49,162 nucleotides of DNA from an uncultured Erysipelotrichaceae bacterium (GTDB lineage Bacteria; Bacillota_I; Bacilli_A; RF39; UBA660). The notes beneath the pieces are model-generated. The model was not told where the DNA came from. It saw nothing but the letters and a program-made list of their open reading frames with translations, and searched no databases. The position numbers were made by a program, and so were the translations under genes. Below, one piece after another: positions 19,494-28,395 of this stretch; positions within the stretch are counted from its first letter, which is position 1; every line of letters starts with the position of its first letter. The stretch is taken from contig CACZST010000009.1 in assembly GCA_902783895.1 (NCBI GenBank), positions 1-49,162 of the forward strand, read 5' to 3'.

Positions 19494-21056
19494 TTAATTT
19501 TTTCCTTTAGAAATAAAGTCACTATACCCATCTTCATATCTTTGAATCATATGGTCTTTAAAAACAAAAACTTTATTTGTTACCTTCGAAAGTAAATATT
19601 TATCATGACTTGCCATTATAATTGCACCTGGATATTTTAATAAAGCTTTTTCTAATTCAATTTTATTTGGCAAATCCAAATGATTTGTTGGCTCATCTAA
19701 TATAAGCAAATTATAGTCATTAATAATAATTTGCGTAAGTTTTAATCTCATTTGCTCTCCTAAGCTTAAAGTTTTAATTTTATGATTAAAAAGATTTCTA
19801 TCAAATCCCATATTTACTAAATTACTATAAAAGAATTGTTTCTTCTCATTATCATAATCACTCGCCATTTGAAATATTGTTTTTTCACCATCTAAATCAA
19901 AGACATCTTGACTCATATAAGCTATTTTTAAAGATAGACTTTTCCATATCTCACCACTATCAAGGCAAAGTTTATCCATTAATAGTTTAATAAATGTAGT
20001 TTTACCACATCCATTAGGGCCAATTAACCCTATTTTATCATTTCTATTCACATATAAATTAGCTTTTGAAAAAACTAAATTATCTTCAAATGATTTTGAC
20101 AAATCAAAAGTTTTTATCAATACATCACTTGAATTTGATTCTCCCATAAAATTAAATTTTACATCTTTGTCCTCTTTTGGCCTTTCAATATAATCTTCTC
20201 TCACTTGATTAAGACGAGTCTTCTTACTCTCAGCACTTCTTGAAGCTTTGGCAGCTTTTCTTTGAGCATTTGTCTTAACACCCTTCATCTTAGAATCAGA
20301 CCTGCTTTTAAATTGCCTTCCAGCCTGTCTCTCACCTTTTTCTGACCAATTTTTAAGTTGCGAAATCTCAGAAGTGATTTTTTTATCTCTTTTTTGCTGA
20401 AGTTCATATCTACTTTTCAAAAGTTCAAACTCTTTTTTCTTTTCATGCTCATAATCATCATAATTACCATAAAATAATTTTATTTTACCATCCTTAACCT
20501 CTATTATTTTATTAACTGTATGATTAAGAAAATATCTATCATGTGAAACAATTAAAGCTGTACCATTATAACCATTAATAAGATTTATTAACCATTCAAC
20601 AGAATCTATATCAACATGATTAGTAGGTTCATCCAATATCAAAGTATTAGGATTGCTAGATAAAACACAAGCAATAGCTAACTTTGTCTTCTCACCACCA
20701 CTTAGATTAGCAAGTCTTGAATCAGAAAATTCAAGAGTCTTATCCATATTAAACTCACCCATCACCTTAAAAAAATTAGAAACATTTTCCCTATCTAAAC
20801 TCATATCTATGAAATCATCTGCTTTATAATCTGTAACTTGTCTTAAATAACCAAGTGATGCATTATTTGATATCCAAACTTTTCCTGAATCAGCCGCTTC
20901 AAGTCCCATTATTATCTTAACTAATGTACTTTTACCGCTTCCATTTAATCCAATAATACCAACTTTATCGCCTTCATTAATATCAAGAGAAACTTTATCT
21001 AAAATTAATTTATCACCATAAATTTTTGTGATATTTTCAAGTTTAATAATCGACAT
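19494..21056 (-). CDS. ABC-F ATPase, antibiotic-resistance (VmlR/CplR-like) ribosomal protection type
   Basis: Two ABC domains (GLNGSGKST, LSGGE, DEPTNH; GPNGCGKTT, LSLGE), no TM; extended linker LKNWSEKG...K..A.K. Confidence 0.85.
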   Translation of the reverse strand: MSIIKLENITKIYGDKLILDKVSLDINEGDKVGIIGLNGSGKSTLVKIIMGLEAADSGKVWISNNASLGYLRQVTDYKADDFIDMSLDRENVSNFFKVMGEFNMDKTLEFSDSRLANLSGGEKTKLAIACVLSSNPNTLILDEPTNHVDIDSVEWLINLINGYNGTALIVSHDRYFLNHTVNKIIEVKDGKIKLFYGNYDDYEHEKKKEFELLKSRYELQQKRDKKITSEISQLKNWSEKGERQAGRQFKSRSDSKMKGVKTNAQRKAAKASRSAESKKTRLNQVREDYIERPKEDKDVKFNFMGESNSSDVLIKTFDLSKSFEDNLVFSKANLYVNRNDKIGLIGPNGCGKTTFIKLLMDKLCLDSGEIWKSLSLKIAYMSQDVFDLDGEKTIFQMASDYDNEKKQFFYSNLVNMGFDRNLFNHKIKTLSLGEQMRLKLTQIIINDYNLLILDEPTNHLDLPNKIELEKALLKYPGAIIMASHDKYLLSKVTNKVFVFKDHMIQRYEDGYSDFISKGKN

Positions 21057-21075
21057 AAAAACACCTCCTATTTTA

Positions 21076-21102
21076 TTATTGCAAAATAGTTAATATTCTC
21101 AT
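21076..21102 (-). CDS. putative leader peptide MRILTILQ of the ABC-F gene
   Basis: AGGATGTG then ATG AGA ATA TTA ACT ATT TTG CAA TAA; overlaps a hairpin arm that pairs into the ABC-F RBS. Confidence 0.55.
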   Translation of the reverse strand: MRILTILQ

Positions 21103-21183
21103 TTCGATCACATCCTAACTAAAATTATTTTATAACTTATAATTATATTTAGTCAATAATATAAAATAAAAAAGATAGATAAA

Positions 21184-21441
21184 CTATCTTGTATAAACAT
21201 TTTGATTTATATCCATTGAAACTTCTTTATTAATAATAGCATTTAAAACTTCAGGATTATCAACTTTATTAACATAAGTGCAAGTTTCAAATATTCTACT
21301 ATCTTTAAATACGTACTCTTGATGATTTTCTAACACCGGATAAACAATCATAGCACGTGCCTGCAAACTAAACAAATTTGATTTACCATTGTTCAATTTA
21401 TCATCTATATTACCATTCATCTCTCTCATCAAATCTTCCAT
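21184..21441 (-). CDS. hypothetical protein
   Basis: 85-aa ORF, GGAGG RBS in the end of the upstream gene, 1-nt gap. Confidence 0.7.
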   Translation of the reverse strand: MEDLMREMNGNIDDKLNNGKSNLFSLQARAMIVYPVLENHQEYVFKDSRIFETCTYVNKVDNPEVLNAIINKEVSMDINQNVYTR

Positions 21442-21442
21442 A

Positions 21443-21976
21443 TTACTTACCCTCCGCTTGCTTCATAGCATCAACAACACTTTTTGAATCATTAGCAAAA
21501 TATGCATTATATAAAATATCATTACCAATAACTTTACTAATTAAATTAGTCATAATAACCTCATCAATATAAAAGCTATCTTCTATATCACCAACTAAAT
21601 AATTAGTAAGTATTTCTGTATATCCTTCATTTAAGGCAAACAGTGTATTATCAGAATTATTAAATCCATAATAATTATCCTTTGCGGTTATAACACCGAG
21701 TAAACTATGCATCAGCCAATGCTTAGTGTCAGAATTTTCTAATCTTCCAAGATTAATTGAAATCGCATTATTAAATGGATTATACTGACAAGGAAGTTTT
21801 ACTAAATACATACTTTCCCTTTGTATCTTTAAAGTTTTAAGTTTAGATATAAAATTACTTAAATTAACATCAGGAAAAACCTTAGTAAAAATGGTTGTAA
21901 GTTCTAATATATTTTCCTTAACTTCTTCTGTTATATTTGGGTTACTATCCAAAGCAGCCTTTACTTCGTTATTCAT
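21443..21976 (-). CDS. hypothetical protein with degenerate zincin-like motif
   Basis: LMHSLLG...ALNEGYTE resembles HExxH...NEGxxE without the Glu and second His. Confidence 0.65.
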   Translation of the reverse strand: MNNEVKAALDSNPNITEEVKENILELTTIFTKVFPDVNLSNFISKLKTLKIQRESMYLVKLPCQYNPFNNAISINLGRLENSDTKHWLMHSLLGVITAKDNYYGFNNSDNTLFALNEGYTEILTNYLVGDIEDSFYIDEVIMTNLISKVIGNDILYNAYFANDSKSVVDAMKQAEGK

Positions 21977-22175
21977 AACTCAATCACCTAATTTGATTCT
22001 ATCATATTTCGTAAATTTTGTATATCTTTTTTTGACTATTTTTTTACACAAACTGTACATAATTTGCCATTTTACACTAAAGTGACACACAAAAATACCT
22101 TATTTTTCCACATTTTAATATACTTTTCCACATTTATCATACATTTAAACTAAATTTACAAACTTACAACTTTAA

Positions 22176-22204
22176 TTGCTTAATCCCTTATTTTGTTATA
22201 TAAT
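22176..22204 (+). promoter_or_regulatory. sigmaA promoter of the D-Asp operon
   Basis: TTGCTT-17 bp-TATAAT. Confidence 0.6.
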
Positions 22205-22223
22205 TAAAATCAAGGTGATATAT

Positions 22224-23453
22224 ATGAAAAAATTTAAACCAATTATTTTAGGAACTGACGCCAACGCTTATGGTCTAGCAAGATCATTTTATGACAAATA
22301 TAAAGTTAAATCATTAGCAATTGGAACATTTCCCCTAAGAGAAACAAAAAATAGTAAAATTGTTGATACTAAAATTATCCCTAATCTAAAAGATAATAAA
22401 GTTTTTATTGAAAAAATGGTTGAAATTGGAAAAGAATATAAAAAAAATTATGATGTTTTGATATTATTATCATGCGCTGAATGGTATACAAACTTAATCG
22501 TTGACCACAAAGAAGAATTAGAAAAATATTATGCGCTTCCATTTATGGAAAAAGGTATAAAAGATAAACTTGAGGATAAAGAAAGTTTCTATGAAATATG
22601 TGAAAAGTATAATTTAGATTATCCAAACACATATATTGTTACAAAAGAAAATAGACATAATTTAAATCCGGGCTTTAATTTCCCAATGGCTGTTAAACCA
22701 TCAAACAGTACATTATATTCAAATGTTGAATTTAAAGGAAAAGAAAAAAGTTATAAAGTAAACAGTATAGAAGAGCTTCAAAAAGTTGTTAATGATATAT
22801 TTGATTCAGGTTATGAAGGCCATATAATTGTCCAAGACTTCATTCCTGGTGGCGATGATACTATGTATGTTTTAAACTGTTACTCAAATAAAAAAGGTCA
22901 AGTTAAAATGATGTGTTTTGGAAGATGTATATTAGAAGAACATACCCCATATGGAATTGGAAATTACCGTGCAATCATATCTGAAGGAAATAAAGAAATA
23001 TATGAAAAAATTAAAGATTTTTTAGAAAAAATAAATTATGTTGGTTTTTCTAACTTTGATTTAAAATATGACTATCGTGACCAAAAATATAAATTATTTG
23101 AAATAAACATTAGACAAGGAAGAAGTAGTTATTTTACTACTTCAGCAGGCATGAATATGTCTAAATACCTAGTTGATGATTATGTTTTAAATAAAGATGT
23201 GAAAGCAGAATATAATTATAATAAATTCTTATGGCTCCACACTCCAAAAAGAGTATTAAAAAAATATGTTTATAATAAAGAAACTTTAAATGAAGCCTTA
23301 AAATTAATTAAAGAAAAAAAATATGCTTATACATTAAAAAATAAAAAAGACTTTTCTTTAAGTAGATTCTTTTGGATAAATAGAATTTATAATAAAGACT
23401 TCAAATCATTTAAAATGTATCCACCTGAGAAAGGAAAAAATTATGAAAAATAG
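22224..23453 (+). CDS. D-aspartate ligase (ATP-grasp, Aslfm-like)
   Basis: PIILG.D.NAY..ARSF, KESFYEIC, VQDFIPGGD, LEEHTP..IGNY, GFSNFD.KYD.RD, FEIN.RQGRSS; start at MKKF. Confidence 0.9.
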   Translation: MKKFKPIILGTDANAYGLARSFYDKYKVKSLAIGTFPLRETKNSKIVDTKIIPNLKDNKVFIEKMVEIGKEYKKNYDVLILLSCAEWYTNLIVDHKEELEKYYALPFMEKGIKDKLEDKESFYEICEKYNLDYPNTYIVTKENRHNLNPGFNFPMAVKPSNSTLYSNVEFKGKEKSYKVNSIEELQKVVNDIFDSGYEGHIIVQDFIPGGDDTMYVLNCYSNKKGQVKMMCFGRCILEEHTPYGIGNYRAIISEGNKEIYEKIKDFLEKINYVGFSNFDLKYDYRDQKYKLFEINIRQGRSSYFTTSAGMNMSKYLVDDYVLNKDVKAEYNYNKFLWLHTPKRVLKKYVYNKETLNEALKLIKEKKYAYTLKNKKDFSLSRFFWINRIYNKDFKSFKMYPPEKGKNYEK

Positions 23454-24129
23454 TTTAGGTATTTTAGGAGGTCTAGGACCCTATGCTTCCGCATACTTTT
23501 ATACTTTAATAACACAAAAAACAAAAGCAGAAAAAGATCAAGACCATTTAAATATTATATTACTATCACACGCATCAACTCCAGATAGAACAAATTATAT
23601 TTTAGATAATAGTAATGAAAATCCTTTTAATAGTCTATTAGAAGATTGTAAAACCTTAGAAAAATTAGGCTGTAAAATGATAACTATCCCATGTAATACG
23701 GCTAGTTACTTTCATGATGAACTTCAAAAACATATAAACATTCCAATAAGTAACCTAGTAAAAACTACTACAGATTATATTAAATACAAAAACTACAAAT
23801 CTGCAGTTATTATGGGAACTGAAGGAACAATAAAAGCTGGTCTTTATCAAAAAAGATTAGAAAAAGAAAACATTAAATGCATTTTCCCTAATCAAGAAAA
23901 TATCACCAAAATAATTTATAACTACATAAAAAAAGGGATTCCTGTTCCTGAAGATTTATGGAATGACACTGTAAAAAACTTAAATGCTGATTGTTTCATT
24001 TTAGGATGTACAGAACTTTCTATCTTAAAAGGAAATAATGAAACAATTAAACTAAATGATAAATTCATCGATCCTTTAGAAATTGAAGCAAAAAAAATAC
24101 TAAATATATATCAAAAAGAAAGGCTGTGA
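23443..24129 (+). CDS. racD: aspartate racemase
   Basis: GILGGLGP, PDRT, IPCNTA, ILGCTEL. Confidence 0.88.
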   Translation: MKNSLGILGGLGPYASAYFYTLITQKTKAEKDQDHLNIILLSHASTPDRTNYILDNSNENPFNSLLEDCKTLEKLGCKMITIPCNTASYFHDELQKHINIPISNLVKTTTDYIKYKNYKSAVIMGTEGTIKAGLYQKRLEKENIKCIFPNQENITKIIYNYIKKGIPVPEDLWNDTVKNLNADCFILGCTELSILKGNNETIKLNDKFIDPLEIEAKKILNIYQKERL

Positions 24130-24133
24130 TTGT

Positions 24134-25987
24134 ATGTGCGGATTTTGCGGATTTATAAATAAAGAGAAAAAAAACAAAAAAGAACCTATAATTAAAAAAA
24201 TGGCTGATGCCATCGCCCACCGTGGACCTGATGATGAAGAATACTATGTTGATGATGATATTGCTTTAGGTTTTAGAAGATTAAGCATCATTGACTTAAA
24301 ATCTGGTCGTCAGCCAATGACAAACGAAGATGGTAACCTAGTTATTTGTTTTAACGGAGAAATATATAATTTTAAAGATATAAAACCTGATTTAATCAAA
24401 AAAGGGCATATCTTTAAAACTAAAGCTGATACTGAAGTTATTCTTCACGGATATGAAGAATATGGAGAAAAAATATTAGATAAATTAAGAGGTATGTTTG
24501 CCTTTGTAATTTGGGATAAAAAAAATAAAAAACTATTTGCCGCTCGTGACCACTTTGGTCAAAAACCATTTTATTATGCCAATATGAATGACACCTTTAT
24601 GTTTGGATCTGAAATTAAAAGTTTCCTTAAAAATCCAGATTTCATTAAAAAAGTTAATAAAGATGCTTTAAAACCATACTTAACCTTCCAAACATCAGTC
24701 TTAGAAGAAACTTTCTTTAAAGGTGTAATGAAATTATTACCAGGTCACTTTTTAACTTATGATTTAGAAACAAAAGAAATTAAAACTAAAAAGTATTATC
24801 AAATTGAATTTAAACCTAAAAAACAAGATTTTGATAAACTTGTAAATAAAATTGATGAAACAATAACTAAATCAATAGATTACCACACAATAAGTGATGT
24901 TTCTGTTGGATCTTATTTATCAGGAGGAATTGATTCATCATATGTTGTAAGTTACCTAAAACCTAATGAAACCTTCTCTGTTGGTTTTGATTATAAAAAC
25001 TTTAATGAAGTTCCAATGGCTAAAGACTTATCAGATTTACTTAAAATAACTAATAAAAATGAATTAATAAATTCTGACCACTTCTTTGAAAGTATAGACA
25101 AAGTTCAGTATTATGCCGATGAACCAACTGCCAATCTTTCCGCAGTTCCCCTTTTCTTCCTATCAAAACTTGCTAGTAAAGATGTTAAAGTAGTTTTATC
25201 TGGTGAAGGTGCTGATGAATTATTTGGTGGTTATACAGCTTATGATGACGACAAAAAACTAAAAGCTTACCGTAAATTACCATATTTCTTAAGACACATG
25301 GTAAAAGTAGCAATATCTCCCCTACCAAGTTTCCATGGTAAAAACTTTTTAACCAAAGGTGGTTCTAAATTAGAAGATTACTATGTCGGACAAGCTTTTA
25401 TATTTAATAATCATGAAGCAAATAGTATCCTAACAGATAAATACAAAAGTGATGTAAGATATCAAGATATAACTAAACCATATTTTGATGAAGTAAAAGA
25501 TGAAGATGACCTAACTAAAATGCAGTACCTAGACATGCATTTCTGGCTTCCAAATGATATATTATTAAAAGCTGATAAAATGAGTATGGCTAACTCTCTA
25601 GAACTTAGAGTACCAATATTAGATAAAGAAGTATTTAAACTTGCAAGCTCTATACCAACAGAATATAAACTATCACATGATACTACTAAATATATTTTAA
25701 GAAAGTCAGCTTCAAAAAGAATACCAGAAGCATGGTATAAAAGAAGAAAAAAAGGATTCCCTGTACCAATTATTAAATGGTTTAGAGAAGAAAAATATTA
25801 TAATATGGCTAAAGAATTATTCGAAGAAGATTTCACTAAAGAATTCTTCGACCAAAAGAAACTACTTAAAATGTTAGATGAACATTATACAGAAAAAAGA
25901 AATAATTGCCGTAAATTATGGACAGTTTATGTATTTTTGGTTTGGTATAAAACATTCTTTATAGATTATGACAAAAGTATGAATTAA
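24134..25987 (+). CDS. asnB: asparagine synthase (glutamine-hydrolysing), likely D-Asp amidotransferase
   Basis: MCG N-terminus, HRGPD, RLSIID, FNGEIYN, LSGGIDSS, LSGEGADELFGGY. Confidence 0.93.
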   Translation: MCGFCGFINKEKKNKKEPIIKKMADAIAHRGPDDEEYYVDDDIALGFRRLSIIDLKSGRQPMTNEDGNLVICFNGEIYNFKDIKPDLIKKGHIFKTKADTEVILHGYEEYGEKILDKLRGMFAFVIWDKKNKKLFAARDHFGQKPFYYANMNDTFMFGSEIKSFLKNPDFIKKVNKDALKPYLTFQTSVLEETFFKGVMKLLPGHFLTYDLETKEIKTKKYYQIEFKPKKQDFDKLVNKIDETITKSIDYHTISDVSVGSYLSGGIDSSYVVSYLKPNETFSVGFDYKNFNEVPMAKDLSDLLKITNKNELINSDHFFESIDKVQYYADEPTANLSAVPLFFLSKLASKDVKVVLSGEGADELFGGYTAYDDDKKLKAYRKLPYFLRHMVKVAISPLPSFHGKNFLTKGGSKLEDYYVGQAFIFNNHEANSILTDKYKSDVRYQDITKPYFDEVKDEDDLTKMQYLDMHFWLPNDILLKADKMSMANSLELRVPILDKEVFKLASSIPTEYKLSHDTTKYILRKSASKRIPEAWYKRRKKGFPVPIIKWFREEKYYNMAKELFEEDFTKEFFDQKKLLKMLDEHYTEKRNNCRKLWTVYVFLVWYKTFFIDYDKSMN

Positions 25988-26000
25988 ATCATACTTTTTT
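25973..26000. terminator. bidirectional terminator
   Basis: AAAAGTATGA-attaaa-TCATACTTTT between convergent genes. Confidence 0.75.
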
Positions 26001-26033
26001 ATATATCAAAAACTTTAGGAATTTACCTAAAGC

Positions 26034-28310
26034 TTATACAGTCTGACCAATATCTTTTATTTTAATATTTTTCTTATTATCAATTAGTGCCTCAATAATC
26101 AAAGTTTCCACCTCATCTTTAATAATTTTATCAACTTTTCTAGCACCATAAACTTTATAATTAATCATCGAAGCTAACTTAGAAACTAATTCTTTATCAT
26201 ATTCTATTTTAATCTTATCTTTATATTTTTCTTTAAGAACTTTTAATTTATCAAAAATAATATTAGAAATATCTTCTAGAGAAAGTTCATTAAACATAAT
26301 TACCTTATCAACACGGTTCATAAAAGGAATAGAAAAATTATCATTAAGTTTACTTTCTTTATTATCTTTATTAAAACCAACACTTATCCTATCAAAACCA
26401 CTATTTGAAGTCATAATAATAATAACATTGTCAAACCTTACTATATTACCCCTGCAGTCCTTCATCATACCTTCATCTAAAGCCCCTAAAAATAAATTAA
26501 TGACATCCTTATGAGCCTTCTCTATTTCATCTAAAATTAATACTGAAAAAGGTTTGTTTCGCACTTCTTCAAGTAAATTATTCGTATCTTCAAATCCAAC
26601 GTAACCCGCAGGCGCTCCTATAATTTTACTAATACTATGTGCCTCTTTATATTCACTCATATCAACTTTAATAACATTACCAATACTTTCACCTAAAACC
26701 TTGGCTAAAGCTGTTTTTCCTACCCCTGAAGGCCCACAAAATAACATTGAATAACATTTATCATTAAAACCTAATTTTATTTTTTTAACTATATTACTGC
26801 ATGCTTTAACCGCTTTTTCTTGACCATAAATTGTCTTCTTAAATAAATTATCTACATTTTTTAATATTTTCTTTTTTTCTTTTATTAATTCATAAACTGG
26901 AATTCCTGTTTTCTCGCTTACCGTTAAAGCAACATCATTTTTAGTTACTTTCTTTAAATTTTTCTTATATAAAGAAAGTTCAAGATTATTTATTTTATCC
27001 ATTAAATCAGCTTCCTTACATCTATAATTACTAGCAAGTTCAAAATCATTATCTAATATAGCCTTTTTCTTAAGACTAATTATTTTTTTTATATCCTGAT
27101 TATATTTTCTATATTCCTTTAAATTTTTACCTTCTTTTAAACTAACCTTCGCACAAACCTCATCTAATATATCAATAGATTTATCTGGCTGTCTTCGGTC
27201 GTACATATACTTTTCTGATAAATCAATTATTAAATCAATAGTCTCATCATCGATTAAAACCTTATGATAATCCTTATATATTTCCTTTAAATTCATTAAA
27301 ATATCTTTTACTATCTTTTTACTAGGAGCTTCAATCAAAACATTTTGAAACCTTCTAGAAAGAGCCTTATCCTTCTCTAATGATTTCTTATACTCCTCTG
27401 TTGTAGTTGCTCCTATACAGCGAATTTTACCTCTAGCTAAAGCAGGTTTAAATATATTTGAAGCATCAATTGCCCCTTCAGCTCCTCCTGCACCAACTAA
27501 CGTATGAATCTCATCAATAAATAATATAATATCAGGATTTTCCTCAATTTCCTTTAAAATTTGATTAATCCTCTCCTCAAACTCTCCACGATATTTCGTA
27601 CCAGCAACAGCTGAAGCCATATCTAAACTAATAATCCTTTTACCATTTAAACTTAAAGGAACATTTCCACTTACAATCATATTAGCAAGTTCCTCAACAA
27701 TAGCCGTCTTACCAACACCAGCCGGACCAATTAATAATGGATTATTCTTACACCTTCTAGAAAGTATTTCTAAAACCCTTTTTATCTCCTCATCTCTTCC
27801 TGTGACAGGATCTAAAAGTCCATCCAAAGCCTTTTTATTTAAATCTGTGCCAAGTTCATCAATTAATAATTTCTTTCCTTTTTTTACCTTAAAATTATCA
27901 TTAAAATCAGCATATATTTCATCAATATCAATACCCATTCCAATTAATAACCTAATCGCAACTCCTTCACCTTCCTCAAGTAAACTAACAAACAAATGCA
28001 TTGTAGTAACTACCCCACCATTATTTTCCCTCGCATCATTTGTCGCATTTTCAATTATCCTTTTTAAAAGTGGTGTATATAAAAACCATTCACTAGATTT
28101 AGAACCTTTTCCAATCACTTTAATTATTTCATTTCTAAAATTATCATAATCTAAATCATAGTCTCTAAGTTTATCACTTATCTCACTATTTATTTTTAAA
28201 ATAGAAAGTAATAAATGTTCAGACGAAACATATGGATGATTTAAATTAAACATTTCCTTTTTTGCTAAAACTAATACCTTTCTTGCTTCTTCTTCAAAAT
28301 TACCAAACAT
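26034..28310 (-). CDS. clpC: ATP-dependent Clp protease ATP-binding subunit
   Basis: Clp N domain, [29 protein letters not shown]-like segment, [16 protein letters not shown]. Confidence 0.9.
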   Translation of the reverse strand: MFGNFEEEARKVLVLAKKEMFNLNHPYVSSEHLLLSILKINSEISDKLRDYDLDYDNFRNEIIKVIGKGSKSSEWFLYTPLLKRIIENATNDARENNGGVVTTMHLFVSLLEEGEGVAIRLLIGMGIDIDEIYADFNDNFKVKKGKKLLIDELGTDLNKKALDGLLDPVTGRDEEIKRVLEILSRRCKNNPLLIGPAGVGKTAIVEELANMIVSGNVPLSLNGKRIISLDMASAVAGTKYRGEFEERINQILKEIEENPDIILFIDEIHTLVGAGGAEGAIDASNIFKPALARGKIRCIGATTTEEYKKSLEKDKALSRRFQNVLIEAPSKKIVKDILMNLKEIYKDYHKVLIDDETIDLIIDLSEKYMYDRRQPDKSIDILDEVCAKVSLKEGKNLKEYRKYNQDIKKIISLKKKAILDNDFELASNYRCKEADLMDKINNLELSLYKKNLKKVTKNDVALTVSEKTGIPVYELIKEKKKILKNVDNLFKKTIYGQEKAVKACSNIVKKIKLGFNDKCYSMLFCGPSGVGKTALAKVLGESIGNVIKVDMSEYKEAHSISKIIGAPAGYVGFEDTNNLLEEVRNKPFSVLILDEIEKAHKDVINLFLGALDEGMMKDCRGNIVRFDNVIIIMTSNSGFDRISVGFNKDNKESKLNDNFSIPFMNRVDKVIMFNELSLEDISNIIFDKLKVLKEKYKDKIKIEYDKELVSKLASMINYKVYGARKVDKIIKDEVETLIIEALIDNKKNIKIKDIGQTV

Positions 28311-28395
28311 AAGATTCTCCTTTCAATATATCCTATGTAGATAATGGAGGTTTTTTCTAAATTTTAAACAACAAAATAAAACAAAAAGATAAATG

